A stretch of DNA of 52,382 nucleotides, from NCBI GenBank assembly GCA_033764955.1, contig JANRIL010000025.1, positions 1-52,382 of the forward strand, written 5' to 3'. Shown here piece after piece: positions 37,081 to 49,493 of this stretch (its first letter is position 1; each line of letters begins with the position of its first letter). Position numbers and translations under genes: made by a program. This DNA is from Cyanobacteriota bacterium (lineage in GTDB: Bacteria; Cyanobacteriota; Cyanobacteriia; Thermostichales; Thermostichaceae). The notes below the pieces were generated by a model. The model ran no database searches, had not been told where the DNA came from, and saw only the letters and a program-made list of their open reading frames with translations.

Positions 37081-39462
37081 ATGAGTCTAAACTTGGCATC
37101 TCCATCCCCTTTATCTGCGGAAGCGTTAGCCCTGATTGATGCCTACTGGCGAGCTGCCAACTACCTATCAGTGGGACAAATCTACCTCTTTGATAACCCC
37201 CTGCTTCGGGATCCCCTCAAGTTAGAGCATGTCAAACCTCGTCTGCTGGGGCACTGGGGCACAACCCCCGGTCTGAACTTTATTTATGTGCATCTCAATC
37301 GCGTCATCAAAGCCTGCGATCTCAGCATGATCTACATCGCCGGTCCTGGTCACGGCGGCCCTGGCTTGGTGGCAAATACTTATTTGGAGGGATCCTACAG
37401 TGAGATTTATCCCCATATTTCTGCTGATGCCGAAGGGATGAAGCGGTTATTTAAGCAGTTTTCTTTCCCAGGAGGGATCCCTAGCCACGTTGCCCCCGAA
37501 ACCCCCGGTTCTATTCATGAGGGAGGAGAATTGGGCTATGCCCTCCTACATGCCTACGGAGCCGTTTTTGATAACCCCGATCTGATTGCCTGTTGCGTCG
37601 TGGGGGATGGTGAAGCAGAAACGGGACCACTCGCGGCCAGTTGGCACTCCAACAAATTTCTCAACCCGGTTCATGACGGAGCCGTTTTGCCCATCCTACA
37701 TTTGAATGGCTATAAAATCGCCAACCCAACGGTGCTGGCGCGGTTAAGCCGAGAGGAATTGACCAGTTTGTTTGTGGGTTATGGTTACCAGCCCTATTTT
37801 GTTGAGGGATCCTACCCAGTTGAAGACGTCCATCAGCAGATGGCAGCCACCCTTGATCAGGTGATCCCTGAAATTCAAGCCATTCAACAGCAAGCCCGTA
37901 CCTCTGGCTCTGCCCAGCGTCCGCGGTGGCCGATGATCATCCTGCGAACTCCGAAGGGGTGGACTGGCCCAAAATCCGTGGATGGTAAAAAAACCGAGGA
38001 CTATTGGCGCTCTCACCAGGTACCTTTTTCTGAGATGGCCGGCAAACCGGAGCATGTTCAACTGCTGGAAAATTGGATGAAAAGTTATAAACCGGAAGAA
38101 CTGTTTGATGAAGAAGGAAAACTGCGCCCTCAACTAGCCGCCCTTGCCCCCCAAGGAGAGCGGCGCATGGGATCCAACCCCCACGCCAATGGCGGCCTTT
38201 TGCTCAAGGATCTGCGGATGCCGGATTTTCGAGATTATGCCCTGTCCGTGGCACAACCCGGCACAACAACAGCTGAGGCCACACGGGTGATGGGGCGTTT
38301 TTTGCGAGATGTGATGACACTCAACCAGGCAAGTCGCAACTTTCGCGTGATGGGACCAGACGAAACTGCCTCCAACCGACTCGATGCCCTCTTTGAAGTC
38401 ACCAACCGCACTTGGATGGCAGAGCAACTACCGGAGGATGATCACATCGCCGCCGATGGACGAGTCATGGAAGTGCTGAGTGAGCATATGTGTCAGGGCT
38501 GGCTAGAAGGCTATCTATTGACGGGGCGGCATGGGTTTTTCTCCTGCTACGAGGCGTTTATTCACATCATTGACTCGATGTTTAATCAACACGCCAAATG
38601 GCTGAAAACCACTCGCCACATCCCCTGGCGGCGACCGATCGCCTCCCTCAACTATTTGCTCACCTCCCACGTCTGGCGGCAAGACCACAACGGCTTTAGC
38701 CATCAGGATCCCGGCTTTATCGATCATGTCGTCAACAAAAAGGCCGATATCATTCGCGTCTATTTGCCGCCGGACGCCAATACCCTGCTATCGGTGACAG
38801 ATCACTGCCTGCGCAGTCGCCACTATATCAACGTGATCGTGGCGGGCAAGCAACCCGCCTTGCAATATTTGGATATGGAGGCGGCGATCAAACACTGCAC
38901 AGCAGGCATCGGCATCTGGACTTGGGCCAGCAATGACCAGGGATCCGAACCGGATGTGGTGATGGTCTGTGCTGGAGATATTCCGACTTTAGAAACACTG
39001 GCGGCGGTGGACATTCTGCGGCAGGAATTTCCAGCCTTGAAGGTGCGGGTGATCAACGTGGTGGACTTGATGACCCTCCAACCGGAACAAGAACATCCCC
39101 ACGGTCTCTCTGATGCAGCTTTTGATAGGCTTTTTACCACCGACAAACCGATTATCTTTGCCTACCACGGCTATCCCTGGCTGATCCACCGCCTCACCTA
39201 CCGCCGCACCAACCATAAAAATCTGCATGTGCGGGGTTACAAAGAGGAGGGCACGACCACCACTCCCTTTGATATGGTGGTGCTCAACGATCTGGATCGC
39301 TATCACCTGGTTTCGGATGTGATCGACCGCGTGCCCCAACTGGGCTATGCCGCCGCCCATACCCAGCAAAAAATGCGGGACAAACGCATCGAACACAAGC
39401 ACTACATTGCTCAATATGGAGACGATCTACCGGAGGTGCGAGATTGGAAGTGGCCCTATTGA
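37081..39462 (+). CDS. xfp: Phosphoketolase (xylulose-5-P/fructose-6-P)
   Basis: [42 protein letters not shown] motif [52 protein letters not shown]. Confidence 0.97.
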   Translation: MSLNLASPSPLSAEALALIDAYWRAANYLSVGQIYLFDNPLLRDPLKLEHVKPRLLGHWGTTPGLNFIYVHLNRVIKACDLSMIYIAGPGHGGPGLVANTYLEGSYSEIYPHISADAEGMKRLFKQFSFPGGIPSHVAPETPGSIHEGGELGYALLHAYGAVFDNPDLIACCVVGDGEAETGPLAASWHSNKFLNPVHDGAVLPILHLNGYKIANPTVLARLSREELTSLFVGYGYQPYFVEGSYPVEDVHQQMAATLDQVIPEIQAIQQQARTSGSAQRPRWPMIILRTPKGWTGPKSVDGKKTEDYWRSHQVPFSEMAGKPEHVQLLENWMKSYKPEELFDEEGKLRPQLAALAPQGERRMGSNPHANGGLLLKDLRMPDFRDYALSVAQPGTTTAEATRVMGRFLRDVMTLNQASRNFRVMGPDETASNRLDALFEVTNRTWMAEQLPEDDHIAADGRVMEVLSEHMCQGWLEGYLLTGRHGFFSCYEAFIHIIDSMFNQHAKWLKTTRHIPWRRPIASLNYLLTSHVWRQDHNGFSHQDPGFIDHVVNKKADIIRVYLPPDANTLLSVTDHCLRSRHYINVIVAGKQPALQYLDMEAAIKHCTAGIGIWTWASNDQGSEPDVVMVCAGDIPTLETLAAVDILRQEFPALKVRVINVVDLMTLQPEQEHPHGLSDAAFDRLFTTDKPIIFAYHGYPWLIHRLTYRRTNHKNLHVRGYKEEGTTTTPFDMVVLNDLDRYHLVSDVIDRVPQLGYAAAHTQQKMRDKRIEHKHYIAQYGDDLPEVRDWKWPY

Positions 39463-39674
39463 GGCTTTGCTCGAACCTCCAACCAGAGTAAAAGGAGGGC
39501 TACGACTAAGGCCGGGGATCCGATCAGGGTCAGCAGAATCGGCCAGGTAGGGGCAAGATGCAGACTCGCTCCCCCATACTTGACGGCCACACTCAGCCCT
39601 GCCGAGAGAGCCGATAAACCCAATAGCCAGAACCAAAAATTTACCTTCACTGTTCTCTCTCTTATGGATTGCAC
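39456..39674 (-). CDS. Small two-TM membrane protein
   Basis: [46 protein letters not shown]; resembles a small conserved cyanobacterial membrane protein; start uncertain. Confidence 0.65.
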   Translation of the reverse strand: MQSIRERTVKVNFWFWLLGLSALSAGLSVAVKYGGASLHLAPTWPILLTLIGSPALVVALLLLWLEVRAKPQ

Positions 39675-39868
39675 TTAATTGATGGCAATGGATTGCACCT
39701 GAGCAAGCTCGGTTGCTCTGCCAAAAATTCTAACTTCGTCCATGCGCCTGCCGATAATCTACACTCTTTATCAATTAAGGGGAGAATCAGCCAATATAGC
39801 AAAATGAAGTTTTAGTATATCTGCGAGGACAGCAGCCTAAAAGCTAGCTAGTAGAGTTCCCTATCAAA

Positions 39869-40459
39869 CTATATAGAAGCTGCCTTGAAAAGCAGATTTA
39901 GAGCGCGCCGTACATATTCTTCCCATGATTCAGATGTGGGTTGAAAGATTAAGGCAAAAAGCATGATCCCACTCATGATGTCGAAGACTAACCCAGCATC
40001 TAAGTCTGGCCGAATTTCACTTCTAGCTTTTGCCCGTTCCAGAACAACAGCAAAGGCTTGTCGTCGAGGTTGCATATACTTTGTCCAGTAGATCTGTGCA
40101 AACTGAGAATTGTTTGAGGCACTGCTGATAATCATGGCAACCGTCTGTCGGCCTAAAGGGCTGAGCATGATCTGTGCAGCATTCTCGATAAGGGCATCAA
40201 GGTCACTTCCCATCTGACCCGTATCAGGAATCACAACATCTTGTCGAAGACTTTCGATCGCATCCGCGACTAATTCCTCTTTACCGCTATAGCGTCGATA
40301 AATGGTAGTCTTGCCTACTCCAGCACGAGCGGCAATGGCATCAATACTCATGGCATCAAAACCAACTTCTGCCAGGAGATCTAAGGTGGCTTGCAGAATC
40401 GCTTGGTGAGATTGAGGGCTACGAGGTCTTCCTGGTGATCTTTTATTGATCTCATTCAT
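39869..40459 (-). CDS. TetR/AcrR family transcriptional regulator
   Basis: RSPGRPRS, AILQATLDLLAEVGFDAMSIDAIAARAGVGKTTIYRRY..KEEL; PDTG..DL; EIRPDLD. Confidence 0.93.
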   Translation of the reverse strand: MNEINKRSPGRPRSPQSHQAILQATLDLLAEVGFDAMSIDAIAARAGVGKTTIYRRYSGKEELVADAIESLRQDVVIPDTGQMGSDLDALIENAAQIMLSPLGRQTVAMIISSASNNSQFAQIYWTKYMQPRRQAFAVVLERAKARSEIRPDLDAGLVFDIMSGIMLFALIFQPTSESWEEYVRRALNLLFKAASI

Positions 40460-40474
40460 AGGTGCTAATATGTT

Positions 40475-40499
40475 TTTACGAAACTATCTTGTATCGAAA
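40475..40499. promoter_or_regulatory. Probable TetR operator (imperfect palindrome) in a 44-bp divergent spacer
   Basis: TTTACGAAAC-TATCTT-GTATCGAAA between the two ATGs at 40459 and 40504. Confidence 0.6.
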
Positions 40500-40503
40500 T
40501 ACT

Positions 40504-40998
40504 ATGAGCAAGCCTCCTCGTCCATGCTACATGGACAGAAATAGCACTCAAACGCTTCAAGAAGGTTTAGAGGAGTACTATGCCTGTAATCCTCATATCA
40601 CCTCCCCATCCAGTCAACCGCCAGAGTTTGCCAAGATCTTGCTTGCTCATGATGTCGGTCATGTCATTTACGGTTGTGATACAGGCATGTATGACGAATT
40701 AAAAATCTTGCCGCTATTTTGGTGGACAAGTGAGTGCACTTTTCAGCAGTTTTGTGAAATGAGAAATACACCTGCTGTGGATGTGATGTACGACGACATG
40801 ATAAGAGAAAAAGGGGTGTTTTGGCTGTCTGGTGCCGTTCTGAAAGTTTTGCCGCCACTCATGCCAGAACTCATCTCAATCTGGCTGAGGACTCGTCAGC
40901 GACATCATCGTGTTCCTTTTCTGGAATTTGAGCCTTTGCTAGATCGATCGCTTCTCGAGATTCGTCAAGAATTTGATCTATTGCCGTTCATTAAGTGA
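40504..40998 (+). CDS. Coq4-like HDxxH metal-binding protein
   Basis: QTLQEGLEEYY, LAHDVGHVIYGCDTGMYDE (HDxxH..G......E), LLDRSLLEIRQEFDL C-terminus. Confidence 0.65.
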   Translation: MSKPPRPCYMDRNSTQTLQEGLEEYYACNPHITSPSSQPPEFAKILLAHDVGHVIYGCDTGMYDELKILPLFWWTSECTFQQFCEMRNTPAVDVMYDDMIREKGVFWLSGAVLKVLPPLMPELISIWLRTRQRHHRVPFLEFEPLLDRSLLEIRQEFDLLPFIK

Positions 40999-41103
40999 GC
41001 CTGGGCGTGCGTTAGCAACGGATCAGGAGGTGGGGATGCCCCCTTCATCAACTAGGGTAGCAGGCTAAGATCCTAGCTGGTTTTTGGGAAGGGTGATGGA
41101 GTT

Positions 41104-42276
41104 ATGCGGTTTGCGGATCGGTTGCAATCGTTGCAGTCTAATGTTTTTGACCAGATGGATCGAGCCAAACGGATCGGGCAGCAAGCAGGGCGCACTATTA
41201 TTGATCTCTCCATTGGTTCTTCCGATTTACCCCCCCCTATCGAAGCTCGCCATGCCCTAGCCAAAGCAGCGGCGGATCCCTATCGTTATGGCTATACCCT
41301 CTTTCATCAAACGCAAGCCTTCCGCCAAGCCTGTGCCCTTTGGTATGAGAAGAAGTTTGGCCTAGCAATTGACCCAGAAACCGAAGTGTTACCCCTGATG
41401 GGAGCACAACAAGCCACGGCGCTCTTTCCCCTAGCCCTTCTCAATCCGGGGGATGGGGCGTTGGTGGTGGATCCCTGTTATCCTTCCCATACAGCGGGTG
41501 TTCTCCTGGCGGGTGGAGAAGTTTTATCCATGCCAGTACGGGCTGAACAGCAGTTTTTGCCGGTGTTTGGCGACATTCCGGACTCCCATCGGCAAAAAGC
41601 CCGCCTGATGGTGCTCAGCTATCCCCACAATCCCACCACTGCCACCGCCCCCCTCAGTTTTTGGCGAGAAGCCGTCACCTTTTGCCAAACTCAGGGGATC
41701 CCTTTGATCCACGACTTTCCCTACGCCGACTGGATGTTTACCGATCAACCAGCCCCATCGGTTTTGCAGGTGGATCGAGAGAAAACGATGGCGGTCGAAG
41801 TTTTTACCCTCTCCAAGTCCTATCACCTAGGTGGGCTACGGGTGGGTTATGCCATCGGCAATCGCCAGCTCTTACAAGCCCTCGGGCAAATCAAATCGGT
41901 AGTAAATTTTAATGCCTACCAAGGGATCCTAGAAGCGGCTACTGCCGCCTTGCAGGACACCTCCCCCACGTTTATTGAGGAGTGGCGGGATGTTTATCGG
42001 CGGCGGCGAGATGTTTGTCTCGACGCCCTTGCCAAGCTGGGCTGGATAGTTCCCACCCCCCAAGCCACTATGTATCTTTGGGCACCCTTACCCCCCGGCT
42101 ATCACGGCTCCTCAGCACAGTTTTGTGAGGAATTAGTGATTCAAACGGGGGTGGCGCTCGCTCCGGGATCCGGGTTTGGTCAGATGGGTGAGGGCTATGT
42201 GCGCTTTGCCTTGGTGGAGGGGGAAACCCAATTACGGCAAGCTGTTGCCTTGATCGGGAATTTTTTGCCACTATAG
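41104..42276 (+). CDS. PLP-dependent class I/II aminotransferase (LL-DAP aminotransferase / MtnE-like)
   Basis: IDLSIGSSD, LSYPHNPT, HDFPYAD, TLSKSYHLGGLRVGY (PLP Lys), APGSGFG..GEGYVRFALV. Confidence 0.88.
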   Translation: MRFADRLQSLQSNVFDQMDRAKRIGQQAGRTIIDLSIGSSDLPPPIEARHALAKAAADPYRYGYTLFHQTQAFRQACALWYEKKFGLAIDPETEVLPLMGAQQATALFPLALLNPGDGALVVDPCYPSHTAGVLLAGGEVLSMPVRAEQQFLPVFGDIPDSHRQKARLMVLSYPHNPTTATAPLSFWREAVTFCQTQGIPLIHDFPYADWMFTDQPAPSVLQVDREKTMAVEVFTLSKSYHLGGLRVGYAIGNRQLLQALGQIKSVVNFNAYQGILEAATAALQDTSPTFIEEWRDVYRRRRDVCLDALAKLGWIVPTPQATMYLWAPLPPGYHGSSAQFCEELVIQTGVALAPGSGFGQMGEGYVRFALVEGETQLRQAVALIGNFLPL

Positions 42277-42452
42277 CCCCTTGGTGCCTGTTCAGATCCA
42301 CGGTGTTTTTTCGACAAGCCCACCCCCAAACTTGGGTATCCTCAACAGCATGGATCGTCTTCATTCTCCACCCCCTACATCGGATAGAACCCTGATCACC
42401 CCATAGCCATCAGGATTGGGATAGACTGACCCTCTCAACGGTAACTTTTTAA

Positions 42453-43739
<1,287 letters not shown>

Positions 43740-43773
43740 AATTTTCTACCTTCTGCTGGTTTATATTGGCTGA

Positions 43774-44649
43774 TTATTTCCCCGCAGACTCCAGAGATCC
43801 TTCTGGAGTTTTTTTGTTGGATTGATCTGCATAAAAAGCATGACAGGCCAGCAACCAATTCAAAAGACGGGCGAGAGAACGAGCCGCCTGTTTCGTCCCA
43901 TTGGCGACGGTTAAGCCCCCCAAAGCGACTCCCAAAACAGGGCGAGCGGCAAAAATGGCGCGGCAGTTATCTAATAAATCAGACCAGGCCAGGCCCCCCG
44001 GCTCCGGATAACTGACGGTCGGAATCACCGAGGGATCCAAAACATTGCTATCAATCACCAAAAACACCGGATGGGGGGGCAGGGCGGCCACCAGTTGTTG
44101 AGGATCCCACCCTTGGTGAGCCAAAAACACGGGGGTTTGATGCTCCTGAATCCATTGCCAGCCTCGCCCGGTGCTACTGCGTAACCCCACATAGACAAGA
44201 CCCAGTTGATACTGATAGATGCGTTCCAGCCAACTCCAGGTGCCGTAACCAACTTCGGGATCCCCTTGCATCTGCTCCGCACTCGCCAGGATATTGGCAT
44301 GGGCACCCCAATGAACCACAGTTAGGAGGGGATGATGCTTCCAAACAGCGCGAATCGCTCCCCAACTGGCGGGCATGCCCGACGGCAACAGCACAGGCCA
44401 CTGCTGACGGCGGAGCGCTTGCTGAACCGCCGCCTCACACATACTAAAGGGAGGTTCATCCATCAAACCGGAAAGTTGACCGATGGCTAGGCTATCCACG
44501 TCAATCCCTAAACAAGGCTCAAAGGCACAGAGATCAGCCCCTGCGTTCAAAATAGCCGTCGGGGCTTGAATATCCATACCAAAAGCCGTCGGGATCAAAA
44601 GAATGCGGGCGCTAGCATGAGCCGTGGGGTGAAGTGACCAGCGAGCCAT
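43774..44649 (-). CDS. Arginase/agmatinase (ureohydrolase) fold protein with degenerate metal-binding motifs
   Basis: Fold motifs recognisable (APTAILNAG, VVHWGAHAN, VYVGLRS, PVFLVIDSNVLDPS..PTVSYPEPGGL), but GGDH, DAHxD and DxD are substituted. Confidence 0.75.
   Translation of the reverse strand: MARWSLHPTAHASARILLIPTAFGMDIQAPTAILNAGADLCAFEPCLGIDVDSLAIGQLSGLMDEPPFSMCEAAVQQALRRQQWPVLLPSGMPASWGAIRAVWKHHPLLTVVHWGAHANILASAEQMQGDPEVGYGTWSWLERIYQYQLGLVYVGLRSSTGRGWQWIQEHQTPVFLAHQGWDPQQLVAALPPHPVFLVIDSNVLDPSVIPTVSYPEPGGLAWSDLLDNCRAIFAARPVLGVALGGLTVANGTKQAARSLARLLNWLLACHAFYADQSNKKTPEGSLESAGK
43788..43815 (+). terminator. Rho-independent terminator of ahcY, lying inside the 3' end of the convergent gene
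   Basis: ACTCCAGA-gatcct-TCTGGAGT followed by a T run. Confidence 0.65.
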
Positions 44650-44838
44650 AATGGATTTGCCTCAGGTTCTACTTACCATCCTCACCTACGACGCTTCTGA
44701 TTGGGGATCCCAGATTCGGCAAAATCTGCAACGAACTATTACAGTTCTCCGCCAGACTTCCAGGCGGGATCCCTGCCAGTGATACGATGCACTCCAGACT
44801 GCCCATCGAGAACCTAGGATTTAAGGAGAAAGCAGGCT

Positions 44839-45279
44839 ATGGCGGAAGCATTAAAAGAAGGGGATCCCCGTTTGGGTGCCAGCGTCCCTCTGTTTGGCGG
44901 AACCACGGGCGGCTTGTTAGGGGCTGCCGACACCGAAGAAAAGTATGTCATCACCTGGACGGGAAAAGCGGGACAGGTATTTGAGATGCCCACCAGTGGG
45001 GCTGCTGTCATGGTAGAGGGCAAAAATATGTTGACCCTCGCTCGTAAAGAGCAATGCCTTGCCCTCGGTGCTCAACTGATCTCAAGCTTTAAGATCAAAG
45101 ATTATCAAATCTTCCGTGTCAAGGCGGGAGGGGAACCCGTCTTGGTACATCCCAAAGATGGTGTCTTTCCTGAAAAAATGAATGCTGGACGGGAAACGGT
45201 CGGCAAAGTTGACCGCAGCATTGGCAAAAATCCTGATCCGGCTACCTACAAATTCACGGGCAAGCGTGCCTGGAACTAG
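44839..45279 (+). CDS. psaD: Photosystem I reaction centre subunit II
   Basis: [69 protein letters not shown] ribosome-binding site. Confidence 0.97.
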   Translation: MAEALKEGDPRLGASVPLFGGTTGGLLGAADTEEKYVITWTGKAGQVFEMPTSGAAVMVEGKNMLTLARKEQCLALGAQLISSFKIKDYQIFRVKAGGEPVLVHPKDGVFPEKMNAGRETVGKVDRSIGKNPDPATYKFTGKRAWN

Positions 45280-45382
45280 GCTGGTGATCGGCTAACTAAC
45301 CGGAAGCATCAGCGATTAATAGCGAATCATGAAGATCAATGAAATCACAGCATAAAAAACATCGGAAAGTCTAGCCATAGGC

Positions 45383-45425
45383 AAAAGAGTCCAGCCTCCC
45401 CATAGGGATCCCTGGACTCTTTTTT
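45383..45425. terminator. Bidirectional rho-independent terminator between psaD and prx
   Basis: AAAAGAGTCCAG (45383-45394) ... CTGGACTCTTTT (45412-45423), with a GGGATCCC octamer at the loop/stem junction. Confidence 0.75.
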
Positions 45426-45561
45426 ATTTCATGGCTATCGAGTCTGGCCTACACCCAATTATCAATTAATGATCCACTACCAGATGGATCTCCTCTGCCG
45501 GAACGAGAGAGGGATTGGCGGTAAGGGCTGTGTTGAGGAACTTAGGGATAAGCCGTAGCGC

Positions 45562-46161
45562 CTATACCTTAGCGAAATATTCCTTAGACTCGGTGGGCGT
45601 TGGCTTCATCGTGGCTTGCCCGGGTTGCCAGTTGGCGGGGCAGACTTCATCGGGATGAGACTGCACATACTGAATCGCCTGCAAAATCCGCAAGGTTTCA
45701 TCAACGCTCCGCCCAAAAGCCAGGTTGTTAATGGTGGCATACTGAATCACGCCCTCTTTATCAATGATAAAGAGACCCCGCAACGCCACACCCGCATCGG
45801 GATCCAAAACATTGTAGGCAAGACTGATCTCTTTCTTGATATCAGAGACAAGCGGGTAGCTGAGTTCGCCTACACCACCGGACTTGCGATCCGTTTGCGT
45901 CCAGGCTAAGTGAGAAAACTCACTATCCACGGAAACTCCCAAAATTTCTGTGCCCAGATTCTTAAACTCGGCGTAGCGGTCGCTAAAAGCCGTAATCTCC
46001 GTGGGGCAAACGAACGTAAAATCAAGAGGATAGAAAAACAGCACCACGTACTGCTTTCCTTTATAGTCAGACAACTTAACCGTCTTAAACTCCATGTCGT
46101 AGACCGCCGTCGCCGTAAAGTCAGGCGCAATCTGACCGACTCTCAAGCATCCTTCACTCAT
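45562..46161 (-). CDS. Typical 2-Cys peroxiredoxin (AhpC/Prx1)
   Basis: [15 protein letters not shown] (peroxidatic Cys), [19 protein letters not shown] (resolving Cys), YF C-terminus; start ATG 46161 with GGAG upstream. Confidence 0.96.
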   Translation of the reverse strand: MSEGCLRVGQIAPDFTATAVYDMEFKTVKLSDYKGKQYVVLFFYPLDFTFVCPTEITAFSDRYAEFKNLGTEILGVSVDSEFSHLAWTQTDRKSGGVGELSYPLVSDIKKEISLAYNVLDPDAGVALRGLFIIDKEGVIQYATINNLAFGRSVDETLRILQAIQYVQSHPDEVCPANWQPGQATMKPTPTESKEYFAKV

Positions 46162-46532
46162 GGCTGACTTCTCCGAAATCGAGGGTTGTATCAATTTGTG
46201 AACTTACTCAATATATCATAGTCATTCCGACTTCGTTATAGCCACTTTCAGCCACCAAGCCGGGAGCCGTCTACCGATCTAGAAGGGATTGATCTCAGGG
46301 GAAATGGGGGGTTATCCCCAGTTCAAGGGGCAAAAAAATTCAAGTTGCCTGCCGATTAAGACTCCGTAAGCCACAGGTTAATAACACTACTGATCAACTA
46401 CCCATAGTGTATCTAGCAGGGATCCAAGGAAAAATCAGAGCAAAAAGAATTGGCAGATGCAACCCTTTGCTCTATATTTAAGCAGTTAATATCGTTAGAT
46501 TTGATCGAAAGCAAGCTATTCTGAGATCTGAG

Positions 46533-47795
46533 ATGCCATCTAATTGGTCAGACAATCATGCATCGGCTGGGGGATCCATCCAAGGTAAGGATCCTGCCGA
46601 GAGAGTTCACTACTACCCTAGTGACTCGGCTCATCCTGAATATGGCAGCAACGGAACCCAGCTTCGATCATCAGCTCAACTAGAGGGGATTGTGCCGAGT
46701 AATGTCGCCAAGATCAAGGTGGTTGGGGTAGGCGGCGGTGGTGGCAATGCCGTCAACCGGATGGCTATGAGCAATTTGAGCGGTGTTGAGTTTTGGAGCG
46801 TTAACACCGATGCCCAAGCTCTTGTTCAGTCGGGAGGCATTCAACGCTTGCAGATTGGGCAAAAATTGACTCGTGGGTTGGGAGCCGGAGGTAACCCTGC
46901 CGTTGGGCAAAAGGCCGCCGAGGAGTCAAGTGAAGAGATTGCCAATGCTCTAGAAGGGGCAGACTTAGTTTTTATTGCCTGCGGTATGGGTGGGGGCACG
47001 GGCACAGGGGGTGCGCCGATTGTGGCTCAGATTGCTAAAGAAACGGGTGCTTTGACCGTGGGGGTGGTGACTCGTCCCTTTACGTTTGAGGGACGGCGGC
47101 GCACCAAGCAGGCGGAAGAAGGGATCCAAGCCCTCCAAGCTTCCGTAGACACCCTGATTATCATTCCCAACGATCAGTTATTGTCGGTGATCTCGGAGCA
47201 GACGCCGGTGCAGGAAGCTTTTCGGGTGGCGGATGATGTGCTGCGCCAGGGGGTGCAGGGAATCTCGGACATCATTATCATCCCTGGCCTCGTCAATGTA
47301 GACTTTGCCGATGTGCGGAGTGTGATGGCGGATGCGGGATCCGCCCTGATGGGCATTGGTATGGGATCCGGCAAATCTCGCGCCCACGAAGCCGCTATGA
47401 CTGCCATTTCTTCCCCTCTTCTGGAGACCTCGATTGATGGGGCGCGGGGGGTGCTGCTGAATGTGACAGGGGGCAGTGATCTGACACTGCATGAGGTGAC
47501 GGGAGCCGCCAAAATCATTTCGGATGCGGTGGATCCCGATGCCAACATTATTTTTGGGGCAGTGATCGACGAACAGATGCAGGGGGAGGTTCGCATCACT
47601 GTGATTGCCACGGGTTTTGATACCCAAACCAATAAAGCCACCAGCAAGGTTACGGAGCGCAAGGGATCCGCCAGCAAATTTACCCCTAGCTACGCCACTC
47701 CCCCGCTGGAGTCCCCCAACACCTCGCCAGCCCGCCCTGAACCTGCCGGATTGGATATTCCTGAGTTTCTGCGGCGGCGGCGGCCTTCCTCCTAA
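46533..47795 (+). CDS. ftsZ: Cell division protein FtsZ
   Basis: [52 protein letters not shown]-terminal core [11 protein letters not shown]. Confidence 0.98.
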   Translation: MPSNWSDNHASAGGSIQGKDPAERVHYYPSDSAHPEYGSNGTQLRSSAQLEGIVPSNVAKIKVVGVGGGGGNAVNRMAMSNLSGVEFWSVNTDAQALVQSGGIQRLQIGQKLTRGLGAGGNPAVGQKAAEESSEEIANALEGADLVFIACGMGGGTGTGGAPIVAQIAKETGALTVGVVTRPFTFEGRRRTKQAEEGIQALQASVDTLIIIPNDQLLSVISEQTPVQEAFRVADDVLRQGVQGISDIIIIPGLVNVDFADVRSVMADAGSALMGIGMGSGKSRAHEAAMTAISSPLLETSIDGARGVLLNVTGGSDLTLHEVTGAAKIISDAVDPDANIIFGAVIDEQMQGEVRITVIATGFDTQTNKATSKVTERKGSASKFTPSYATPPLESPNTSPARPEPAGLDIPEFLRRRRPSS

Positions 47796-47970
47796 ACTTT
47801 TTTAGCTAACTGAAATTTTAATTGGCTGAATTGCCTGGATAGTCCTGGATTTTGGCTCTCTCCTTTTCTTAATGGGATGGAGAGTTCTTGTTTTTGTGAT
47901 CACCCTCACAAGGCTAAAGGGATCCCAGGGTATGCTAGGGGACATTTACGGTGTGGAGGGCAAGTGAGCC

Positions 47971-48936
47971 ATGAAGATCGTGTTGTTGGCGGGTGGACAA
48001 TCACCGGAACGAGCTGTCTCCCAGGTGACGGGTAAGGCGGTGAAGAATGCCTTAGAAGATTTGGGTCATCGGGTGACCTGGGTGGATCCCGGTCTTGATC
48101 TGCCGCAAGTGCTGTGGCAAGAACGGCAGGCGGGATGTGAATTTGTCTGGATTGCCCTGCATGGGGGTGGGGGTGAGGATGGTCGGGTGCAAGCCTTGCT
48201 GGATTGGCTGGGGTTGCCCTATCAAGGATCCGGTTATCTCGCCAGTGCCCTAGCGATGGATAAAGCAATAGCTAAGCAACTGTTTCGCGCCCAGGGGATC
48301 CCGACTCCAGCGGCTTGGGTGTGGGAAGGGCAGGATTGTCCCACCTGGGGGGAGGTGAGCGCCACCTTAGGATCGCCAGTGGTGATCAAGCCAGTGGATG
48401 GGGGATCCACCGTGGGAGTGACGATCGCCAGCCACGCCCGCCAGTTTGAGGAGGGCATGGAGTTGGCTCAAACCTATGGGCAACGGTTACTACTAGAAAC
48501 CTATATTGCGGGCAAAGAACTCACCCTTTCGATTTTGCAAGGACAGGTCATGCCCGCCATCGAAATTATCACGGCTAGCGGGGGTCTCTATGACTACGCT
48601 GCTAAATATGAGCCAGGGGGATCCCGTCATTTAATTCCTTGTAGCCTCTCGCCCGATGGATTAGCGGCGGCAGAACAGGTGGCCTTGGCGGCTTATCAAG
48701 CGCTGGGCTGTCAGGGGTTAGCCCGTGTGGATCTGCGGATTGACAGCCAGGAACAGCCGTGGGTCTTAGAAATCAACACGTTACCAGGGATGACCCCAAC
48801 CTCCCTCTGCCCCGACGCAGCGGCGGCTCTGGGATGGACTTTTGGGCAACTGGTGGAGCGAATTTTGCAGGTGAGTTTAACCCGCTTTCACGGCACACCA
48901 TCGGCCTCATCCCTGTCTCGGGTTGTCCAACCATGA
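47971..48936 (+). CDS. ddl: D-alanine--D-alanine ligase
   Basis: GGQSPERAVS, ALHGGGGEDG, SALAMDK, VIKPVDGGST, YDYAAKY, ARVDLR, LEINTLPGMT. Confidence 0.96.
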   Translation: MKIVLLAGGQSPERAVSQVTGKAVKNALEDLGHRVTWVDPGLDLPQVLWQERQAGCEFVWIALHGGGGEDGRVQALLDWLGLPYQGSGYLASALAMDKAIAKQLFRAQGIPTPAAWVWEGQDCPTWGEVSATLGSPVVIKPVDGGSTVGVTIASHARQFEEGMELAQTYGQRLLLETYIAGKELTLSILQGQVMPAIEIITASGGLYDYAAKYEPGGSRHLIPCSLSPDGLAAAEQVALAAYQALGCQGLARVDLRIDSQEQPWVLEINTLPGMTPTSLCPDAAAALGWTFGQLVERILQVSLTRFHGTPSASSLSRVVQP

Positions 48937-48982
48937 CACTAAGTTATCCCATAAAATCAAAGCATAACTTCATGCAATAAGT

Positions 48983-49186
48983 AGGCTAAAAACGCTTTGG
49001 GCTAGAGTGCGACAGGGAAAAATCGAGCTTTTGGAGTCAGCAGATCTGCCTGAAGGGGTAAGGGTGCTGGTAACAGTTTTACCTGATGATGAGGCGGAGT
49101 TTTGGCTAACAGCAAGTCAGACATCCCTTGATACCATTTAGGGCAATGTTGAGGATGATGTATATGCCCAGCTACCCCAAACATGA
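48983..49186 (+). pseudogene. Degenerate type II antitoxin (start AGG instead of ATG; internal TAG at 49139-49141)
   Basis: The frame reads (R)LKTLWARVRQGKIELLESADLPEGVRVLVTVLPDDEAEFWLTASQTSLDTI*GNVEDDVYAQLPQT*. The TAG sits where such antitoxins typically have W (W.N.EDD.Y). It overlaps the toxin start. Confidence 0.7.
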
Positions 49187-49493
49187 TGTTATCTTAGTGC
49201 GGTATCCATTTTCAGATTTATCCAGTTCAAAGGTCAGACCTGCTGCCATTGTGAGTCCATCATATCCATCTCAAGACATTTTCATTACCCCTTTGACAAG
49301 CAAAACAAGTTCATTACTGACGGGCGAATTTGTGTTGTCTGAATGGGCAACAGCGGGATTGAATGTAGAAACCGCAGCCAAAAGTGGTGTGTATACAGTG
49401 CATGAAAGCTTGCCAATCAAAGTGATTGGTCAGTTGGCTAATATTGATGCTGACCAACTTGAGCAGTCCTTACGAGATTGGTTAGGTTTGTAG
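49164..49493 (+). CDS. PemK/MazF-family toxin
   Basis: DVILVRYPFSDLSSSKVRPAAIVS, IFITPLTSK, EWATAGLNVET, VIGQL..DADQLEQSLRDWLGL. Confidence 0.85.
   Translation: MPSYPKHDVILVRYPFSDLSSSKVRPAAIVSPSYPSQDIFITPLTSKTSSLLTGEFVLSEWATAGLNVETAAKSGVYTVHESLPIKVIGQLANIDADQLEQSLRDWLGL

Noticed and set aside
39700..39868. Possible attC remnants around the TetR island (GCCTAAAA; GTTAGCA near 41010)
   Set aside because: No paired inverted boxes could be built.
44715..44750. Possible RpaB/HLR1 site upstream of psaD
   Set aside because: Only one reasonable half-site (ATTACAGT); the direct-repeat partner is too degenerate to call.
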